Assembly (NCBI GenBank): GCA_030141605.1
Contig: JAQGDQ010000061.1
Span: forward strand, 483,685-547,684
DNA: 64,000 nucleotides
Direction: 5' to 3'
DNA from: Tubiluchus corallicola
Lineage: Eukaryota > Animalia > Priapulida
In this document: piece after piece, positions 47,861 to 64,000 of the stretch
Position numbering within the stretch: position 1 is the first letter of the stretch
How the letters are laid out: each line of letters starts with the position of its first letter
Position numbers and translations under genes: made by a program
Notes under the pieces: model-generated
The model's database searches: none
What the model was told of the DNA's origin: nothing
Seen by the model: only the letters and a program-made list of their open reading frames with translations

Positions 47861-50280
47861 AAGGACGATCTTACATTCTTATTTGGTTATTTATCAAAAG
47901 AAAGTAGTTATTTATCAAGCGTTCTAATGAAACCTTTCCAAACATTTTGCCAAAGTTCGTAAGTTAAAAAGCTAGATATCTATAGCGTAACTGAGTCCTC
48001 TGTATGAAACGATCTTACGAGCAAATATAGTAACTAAATACTAGGCTATATTTACAAACTGATGAAATTATCAGTTTGTAATGCATTAAGTGACCACTTA
48101 TTTAAGTTACACATTTTCACTTTATGAGTTTAACATTACGCCAAAGCAGCACAATTACAGGTTTTTTGTGATTTTTTATGTTTAATAAAGAAGAATAGGT
48201 AGTTTTCAGGTATATCCCAAAGAACTTTACGTGCAAAGTTTTATTACTTACCATTACACTTGCCTGTTTGAAAGATTTATGATTTTGTGAAAGAAAATTC
48301 TTAATAATTTAAAAGTTCGCGCTACATGGCAAAACGACACTGCATCGCTGATTCACCAAAAAACACATTATTGATGTTATTGACAAGAAAAAGTAATTTG
48401 CACTTTTGCCTTAGTTAGGGAAGAGTATGTTATGAATACTCTGATATTTTTTTCAATCTGCACGAAATGTTATTTAAACTAGTTTCAACTAACGGTCATC
48501 GCAGGAGTTTAAATTTTCCAGTTTTATACAGCGCTACTGCCAACGCAAGCCCTGTATGCAGTAAGGCCGCATCTAAGCGGTGTGAACTAAAAAGACGAAT
48601 TTTTAAACTTTACTTATGAAGAGTGTTTTCTTCTGCTTTAAATACTTGCAGTACGGTTGTCTTTCTTATAAACTATATTTCGCGATTATGTCATCCAGTG
48701 CAGGTTTTGTTTGCTTGTCTGTTTTTAGTTAAGTTAATCACAATTTACACTGAATTTTTAATATATATTTTTACTTTACCCCAGTTTCTGCTAAATGTGC
48801 TGATTTTCCCATAAAATAATTGCTAAGGTTAAAGTTAACAATTATCGTGACTTTCTACGAAAGGGAAACACTGGCAAAGCTGAAGACATGGATAAATGGA
48901 CAAACACAAAATGACTAACGAGCAGTCTACTCGGAATAATAAATAAGATTATACGAATTATTGTTCATGGCCATTCCTTTAAGCAATGAATATTAATTTC
49001 TTTCTCACCTTCATATTTCATTCCATGCATTATTTCACTCTGAGCTTCAGTTTCTCCACACGCCTAATTAAACCAGCTGTATTTATTTTCATTCCTGCCA
49101 ACATCGAATATGCCAGCAATTAATTAGGATTAATTCGCGTGTTAATAACTTTTGGAGTTATCGAATCGTAGATAAGCCAATTAGTACAAAATTTGTCGAA
49201 GGAACGGCGTCAACAACTCCAGCAATGTTCGACGATTCTATCAGCCAAAGTGTCAACCAAAAATCGATAACAAAATTTCGTAAAATTTCTTAAAAATATT
49301 TTTTCACGATAACGCTTTTTGTTGGAATATCATAACAGACAGTTTTTTCAAATAAAAAGAATGGATATCAACCTTGTCAGGTCATTTCAAAAAATTCTCG
49401 ACAAAAGTTAAATGACTACAGGAATTTTGCGATTTTTTTGGACTACATAAAATGACAAGCAGACGTTTGATAACTGCTGCATACTTCTGATCTTTACTAA
49501 ACAACAAAAATCGACTTGTTAAAGAACTGCCTGTTACAATATGTTGCAAACACGGTAATAATCAAGTCTTTTGTTAGTTTTTTGTTTGTTTTTGTTAGTA
49601 CGTACATCATTGCTAAATAAAGTTTCGTTTGAATGAGCTGAAGACTTTGTTTCGACTGTGGCACGCTTCAAACTAAAGATGTTTCATTACACATACGATT
49701 CCAGTCGAATAAGTAGAACACGTTCACAGTTCAAAAGTGGTTAGTAGTTTTTGTAGTTCTAGGCTACACTGAGCTTGCCAATGACGATACAGTCATTCGC
49801 GAAACAACAGTCACAGGCATTAATGAAGGTCTTCCTTAGAATGTACGACTTGGCCATCACTCTGCTGTGGGCCAATAGTCCAACTATTCCAATATTTTGT
49901 GTGGTATAAATACTGCAGTTTCCGCAAGCGCAAGCCAATGTATAATGTTCTCACTTCGAGTTCCTACACCACACCTCAAAGACAAAAATATAAAATAAAA
50001 GTTTTATAGCCATTAATAATCGCCTTGTCTGGACTTAGACAATTTAAAACAAAAACTAGGTTTTATTGATTTCAAAGGTCCTATGCTCATTTCCTAAGAA
50101 AGATTGGTCCTCGTGGGCTGTTAATTATTCGCTCTCTATGGTACACTGTACAGAACTTACAAGTTTTCAGTTTTCATACCAGGAATAGCAGCACTCAAAA
50201 TTCTCAAATTCGCGAAACCCAAAAAATCACTCTGCGCGTCATAGCGACACGCCTATGTGTAAAAATCAGCGTAATAAAAT

Positions 50281-50824
<544 letters not shown>

Positions 50825-50829
50825 ATTTA

Positions 50830-51730
50830 GATTTTTAGATTTAATATTTTATTTCAAACCTTACAAAGTTCATATACACATCACAAATTAATACAAATAA
50901 TACAGTAAATTATGACACACAACAATAACACAAATAACAGTTAACGACATAAGAAACAAAGTACGTCTATTTACAGAAGTAAACTTTACATTACTGTTTA
51001 AAATGCTCTTGCATATAAAATTTTCACGCTCATTCAGCCTGACGTATAAACTGTATGCACATTTTCTGTGAATCACATCAAAATAAATAGGTTTAAGTCT
51101 AGTAGAAATATATCTGGCGCTCGTATCATATACAAAGTTAGTATGTTCCATCAAACAGCTTCCATGTTGATACATTATACGCAACCTTGAGTTTGCTAAG
51201 ATTGTAAGAATAAAAATGTCTCCAAGTGGACATACAATAAAAAGTAGTGCAGTAACCAATACTACGCATTAAACAATTGTCTTTTCAAGTTAACCGAACA
51301 GTGGGTAAGTTTCATGAGTAATTTATTGGCTATGCCATAGTAAATTGAGCATTGTCATAATATATCTAAAGCATCTCTGTTGTTTTTCGATAAAATATGA
51401 CCCAGATATTTTTCTTTTTTACTAAGTACAAAACTTTTACACTGCAAAAACATCAGACCCAAAAGTAAACTGCTGCATGTCAGCAGACCGAAACGTGACA
51501 AGTTTAGTCTTATTCACATTTACAAGGATATCATATTATTTAACAAATTTATTAAAAATATCTAGCAGTCTCTGCAAAGCTGTCGAGGTTGCTGCTAAAA
51601 GACATATGTCATCAGCGTACATTAAGTGATTAATGCAGGCTTCAGCAATGTGACAACCCACACCAGAGTTAGTAAGTTCAGCACTGAGATTTTTAAAATA
51701 GAAGTGGAATAACAGTGGATACATTTTTCC
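50830..51730 (-). mobile_element. 5'-truncated, frameshifted non-LTR retrotransposon (LINE) fragment: reverse transcriptase C-terminal part
   Basis: The minus strand encodes SGVGCHIAEACINHLMYADDICLLAATSTALQRLLD (YADD catalytic motif), then decayed NVNKTK and EKYLG RT motifs. It ends in aataaa plus short aaatct repeats at ~50830. Confidence 0.85.
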
Positions 51731-52814
51731 ACCTTTTCGTTGAGCTTATTTTAATATTCGGAAAAAATGTTATTCAGCAATAAAATTGTGATAAGCGCCT
51801 CGTGTAATTAGTAAAATCAATTTAAAGTCGTTATTACGTTACGCATGCGTGCGCTCATTTTAGATGAAAAATGGTGTCATCCGGTTCCCGTGCAATATAA
51901 ACACTTATCCCGCCAGGTGCTTGAGAATCTTTTTTAACTTATAGAGCGAATTCTATAGACTAAGTAACCAGCCCGGCACCTACTACGTGCTGGCAAGTTT
52001 ACATGTGTATCTAAAAGACAGGAAAAATCTGTAAATTAATTATTTACACAATTAATGTTAATTACTTACACATTTTAAGGTGTAATCCCGTAGATTAAAG
52101 CAAAGTAACCTTTTACGACAACAACAACATCAAAACAACTGTCAGCACTTTCCCACTATTACACTCACGGAAATCACTACTTCTTTCTACCCCTGTATCG
52201 TGCCCCAAAAGCGTCATCAAAATACCACTAATTTCACTAGTTTTATCACCACCATCAGTCAGAGAATATAATATCAGCCCGTGTCTTATAGGCAAGTCCA
52301 AGTCTATTCCGTTACCTACTGCAAAACTATCAGAGTTAAATTTACCTCATCTAACCAACATACGTTGTTCCGTGTAATAAAAGCAAAAGTCTAATTACTA
52401 CATTTGGTAGGTTAGTATTGATAAGGTTTAGAAATAGTTTGAGGTAGCTTACTCTGTCGAACGTTTTTTTATGCGTCAATAAACAGAATGTGTACAGTGC
52501 TTTGTCGACTGATGTAATAGTCAAGTACCTCTTTTAAGTATTGATGCACTTCTCTGTGCCTAAGTTTCCAACAAAATCAAACTGGCTTGGCGTGGTACTC
52601 AAACAAGAACTGTAACGATTTAGAAGCAGTATTTCTATAACTTTGCTTTCTACAGATAAAAGAGTGATAGGCCTATAGTTGTTTTTGTAATATCCCCATT
52701 TTTGTCTTTAACGAGAGGTACTAGTACAGATAACATTAAGGAGTGCGGCAAGTAACCGTGTGTTACACATGACGTGAGTAGAAGCGCCAACATGATTGGC
52801 ATAAAATGGGATTA

Positions 52815-53081
<267 letters not shown>

Positions 53082-53706
53082 CGGGCGCTTATTAGAATTG
53101 TCATGCCACTCTAAAGCAATTCTAAACCATTACCCCTTTAGTGGTGTTTGAAGTAGACTGGGCATATTATGTCGAATGCGCAAACAATTCCTTACGATAT
53201 CCCATTCGGATGGCTCTCAGCAAGGCGAAGAGGGCTGACACTTTTAAACGCAGTGCACTTCGACGAAATGGTCTCTGGCGGTGGCTCTGGCAAAAATGTG
53301 ACGTTTGATAAAGAGCGTGAAAAATATACTTTTCAACATTTCAACTTATGACAACTTGCGATGAGATGTGAACTGTGTGACCATATGTGTCACCAGAGGT
53401 CACTTGAAGGTTATAACTGTTAAACCAGAGACACACATTTCTGGATGCCAATTCCTGAAAACTTTTTATTAACCAGAGGGCATAACCAAAGAAAAGCTTC
53501 CACAAAAGCTGCAGCTATAGCCTTTAATTTAGTTGATATTTTTCGCAGTACTAATTGAACAATGCTACACTCACCGACCGAACCTGCCATCTCGACACTC
53601 GTCAAGAGGGGCATTTCACTTGCCTCTTTCAATTTTTAGATAATAATCTATCAGGCTGTAAGAAACCAAAATGCACAATTATTTCGTTATATATGTTTGT
53701 TACAGA

Positions 53707-60380
<6,674 letters not shown>

Positions 60381-63300
60381 GCTCAATTTCGTATAGCGGA
60401 AGCAAAGATGTCCCGTAAAGCAAAACCAGTAGGCCTACTTGATTTTTGTGTACTTTGCGGAATTTTGCTTTCAACGAACATGGAAAAACACAAGAAAAAA
60501 ATTGCATATACCTGAACCAATAAATACCGATCGGAACAAATGAATACTTAGTTTTATAAAATGTAGCCCATCAGTATGTTTTACGATAATAATAGCTATA
60601 CCCTTTGGTCAGGCTAAATGTGTGCACTAAAAGCGTGTCTTTTTTCATCTTTTACTCATAAAATTATGCTGATGCGAACTAACTAAACCTTTCGTTGTTT
60701 GCATACAGTTTTCTCTTGCTCTAGTGCGTCGATGCTTCTCCAGTAGTTGTAATTGTATACACTGCTTAAAATTTTGTTTTTAAAATTTTCTTAAGCTGAT
60801 AGTCTGATGCTAAAAACACTGTATACAAATTAAGTTAAAATTGGTATATAACATTCAAATAGATCTTCCTTATAAATAAATTATGTACCTAATTGTATCT
60901 TTGCTTCAATAATCTTCAAGCGGTCAGCTTAAACAAAATTTTTATTTAATGCATTTATTATGCTAATGCATCATGCATGATTAACACAACTTTGTTATTC
61001 TAAATAAAAATATTGCTTAAATCAACTCATTAAGTAATTTTAGGCGTAACAAAACTTAAATTTTATTATTCGTGTTTCTAGTTATATAACGGTTACGTCA
61101 CCACACTTTGTGATAGCTATGCATGTAAAGTACGAAAAAGAACAAAATGTGTTTTGTGTAAATTTTATTGTACATTTTATTATAGTAGAAGTAAGAAAGC
61201 AGTTTTATTATATTTACTGTGTTACAATGGAGTTATATATTCGCTGTCTAAGTAGTATTTTTCAAAATTAAAATGCATACTAGCGTTTTACTTTTAATTT
61301 GGTATGCAGTTTGTCCCAGTTTGTAAGCAAACGCATTAACTACAGTGCAGAAATGATGCTTTTAGTCAGAATAGGCCAGCAGCTGATCAGATCAAAAGTT
61401 TTTACTATATTATGGTTGCTATCATTTGTAATTTTAAACTGGTAGAAGCGCTTCTTAGGCTAACGTAACCACATTTTAATGAATTTGCTTATTAAATATT
61501 CTAGAATTTTACTTACTCAGTTGATTCTTTGTTTTTATTTATTTATTTGCTTAGTTGTTTGTTTGTTTGTTCCTTTGTTATTTGTACGTTTGCGTACAAG
61601 CGTTCGTTCACTCATTTGTTCATTCTTTCATAAATCCATCACTTCGTTCATTTTTTCAATCCTTTGTGCATTTGGTTTTGTTTATTCATGAACTGATTTT
61701 ATCGATCAATTTTATTTATTTGTTTATTTACTTACTTAGCTAGTTTCTTATGTCAATTTACAAAACTGCACAAAAACGTTACACTGGTTTTATATCAGTT
61801 TCTGTGACGCTGAGTTTACATTTTGTCACAGAAATAATATTAGCTAGTTGTCCTAGTTTTATTTAGGCACGTGTCTAAAATCTTGTCAAGTACATTGATA
61901 ATGGAAATATTAATAGATTAAATTTAATACTAGTTTAGTATAGCATAAACGGTTAATAATACTACTTATTAATAACTTTGATGTGTCTGTTAGTACTACG
62001 AATAAATGCTTTTTGCTTTTATAAGCCCAAAACAAATGGTATAACATGGTAATAGTGTGGGCAGTAATGCGAATTACAGTATCTGTTGTCAATGCAATTA
62101 AAATGTCAAAATTGTAACGCATTTGGAAAACGAATAAATTTTCTGTCTTTTCTTACAGATGACTTTGCTTTTATGAAAACTAGTTTCACTTTCCATATAT
62201 TGCAATCATAATCAGACGTACACTAAGCATGAAGTCTTTATTGCACAGCCTGCATCTTTCAAAATTTTAAGTATTTCATCTCGATTCAATTATACAAAGC
62301 AGAAATCATTAATATCAAGCTGTTAGAAAATAAAACTGGATAGACAGCAGGAAGTGATAAATGTGATATTTATAATGCGGGTATAGGTACAGACTAAAGA
62401 CTGGAAAATATGTGTATGATTGTAAATTATAAAATATTGCTCGGATAGCAGACTGACTGGCTTTTAATTTCTCCTTCACACTTTCCAAGTCAAGATTCTG
62501 CAAGTCTTTTCACAAGATTCCTATTTCTAAACCGTTTAATTTTTTTACTCTCCGCTACGACGATGAATAACTCCAAAACCTCGCTACCTAGAACTAGCAA
62601 ACTTGTCGGGTACCTGGAGTAGGGGCTCAGACATTGGTATGGGGACCATTGACCGCGGTCAAAAGGTCATGAACATTGGATATCGGCTGTTTTTTCGATT
62701 ATCACTCAATCTTCCTAGTTTAGTATTGCTTTCGTGCGTTTATAGTAGATTTATTTTACAAATAGCTATTTTACTCTGCTTAAAATTAATTTTAACAAAG
62801 GCTAAACATCGTTTGAGTCCAACCAATTTCCGTAGTACTGATTTCGGCTTGTTAGCGCAAGTTCTTCTTTCAATTTACGAATCATTAGTAAGACTAGCTA
62901 AATTTTTAATAAGGTGAATGATCGTGAATACGTACACGTTGAGACAGAAAACAATTTAGCTTGCACTTAATGCCAGTTCATTTCTAGTAATAGTTCTTTT
63001 TGTTAGTCATCTTTCTCAAAAAGCCAGAAATATCACCAAGTTACAAAGAACCTACACCGAACAAATGCAAAAATTTATAGGTCCACAGCCTCTAAGCAAT
63101 AAATTATGATTTGTTCTGCTCAGTTCTCAGTACGAGTAGGCTATCCCCAGAATGCAATCATATAATGAACTGAACACAGTGATCCAAACACAAGGCTTCA
63201 GCCATGGGTTTCAGATTTAACGAAGCGTGACCAGTGGTCAGGCCTGTAATCAGCGCACATACCATTAAATCGCAACCACGTCTCCCCTGACATGGTTTGC

Positions 63301-64000
63301 GCAGGAGCAAATCAGGAATTACGGGATGTTTGGTTGTCTCTTGTGAATAAAAGCGCTCTTGTTGCTTTAATGAATGGTTACGTGTGTGTTTATAATGGAC
63401 AGAAGTGCAAATTAACGCCATTTTGCATTGATGAAAGGCTTCGTTAATAATAAATTGCTGCTTTGATCGCACTGTTGTGCATGCGATTTAACCTGTGTAA
63501 TGTTATCACCTAATGCTGTTCACATATGTATTAACCAATCGTACATTTACACTGAAACATTGTACAACACACGAATGCATGTAGAAACAACGTAAATACA
63601 TTGTTGCAAAATATTAAAAAGCGAACTAACTGATGTGTGAGGAATTGTACTTTTCCAGATTCTTTGACAGAAACCGGTAATTAAATTTGAATGCAGTTTT
63701 GAATAACATCGTCATATTTTCGTTTGTCAAAAGCGAAGTTTCCTTTCCCTTATAAATGAGGACGCAACACTGTTCTGCAAATTTTTCTATTGTGTTTCGG
63801 AAATGACGCAAAAAGTTAATAAAACTGCGCAGTAAATACAGTTTTAAACTGAAACGACAAGAATGCAACAATTTCAAAGCCGAATGCACATATAAAGCTG
63901 CGAAGTTTCAAGAGCATAACAAGGCTGTAAAAATTATGCCTGCTACAGGACGGCCTTGCGATGGCAAATACAGTGATTATTGGTAAAGTTCAGGCAGAGA

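Noticed and set aside
52113-52301. Possible decayed hAT transposase fragment
   Set aside because: Resemblance too weak; no diagnostic motif or termini.
62580-63330. GC-richer patches with nuclear-receptor-like GGTCA motifs and short ORFs
   Set aside because: No consistent exon chain, RNA structure or termini identified.

Overview
AT-rich, microsatellite-dense animal genomic DNA with GT-AG introns; probably a (pan)arthropod, inferred from an exact RYLPT proctolin, an ionotropic receptor and TCAGT initiators. I reconstructed five genes by hand, with splice phases that keep the frame. (1) A divergent SLC23/NAT transporter, paralog A (- strand, 12 coding exons, ~605 aa), whose NAT signature starts with Ser instead of Q/E/P. 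(2) An intronless divergent ionotropic receptor (- strand, 473 aa). (3) A GNMT-like N-methyltransferase (+ strand, 7 coding exons, ~353 aa) with an apparent mitochondrial presequence and altered substrate-pocket tyrosines. (4) A canonical nucleobase-type SLC23, paralog B (- strand, 12 coding exons, ~628 aa). (5) A neuropeptide precursor of ~94 aa that the ORF track does not assemble. It carries proctolin (RYLPT) directly after the signal peptide and, after a KR site, a second C-x9-C loop peptide (FQYMYLCFDKTGKYHMCY-KSY). This layout resembles lophotrochozoan whitnin/PKYMDT precursors and is the most interesting finding. The rest is MITEs (hAT with 8-bp TSDs, Harbinger-like, foldbacks), SINE/LINE remnants, tandem duplications and microsatellites. 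All family comparisons are from memory; no searches were run.
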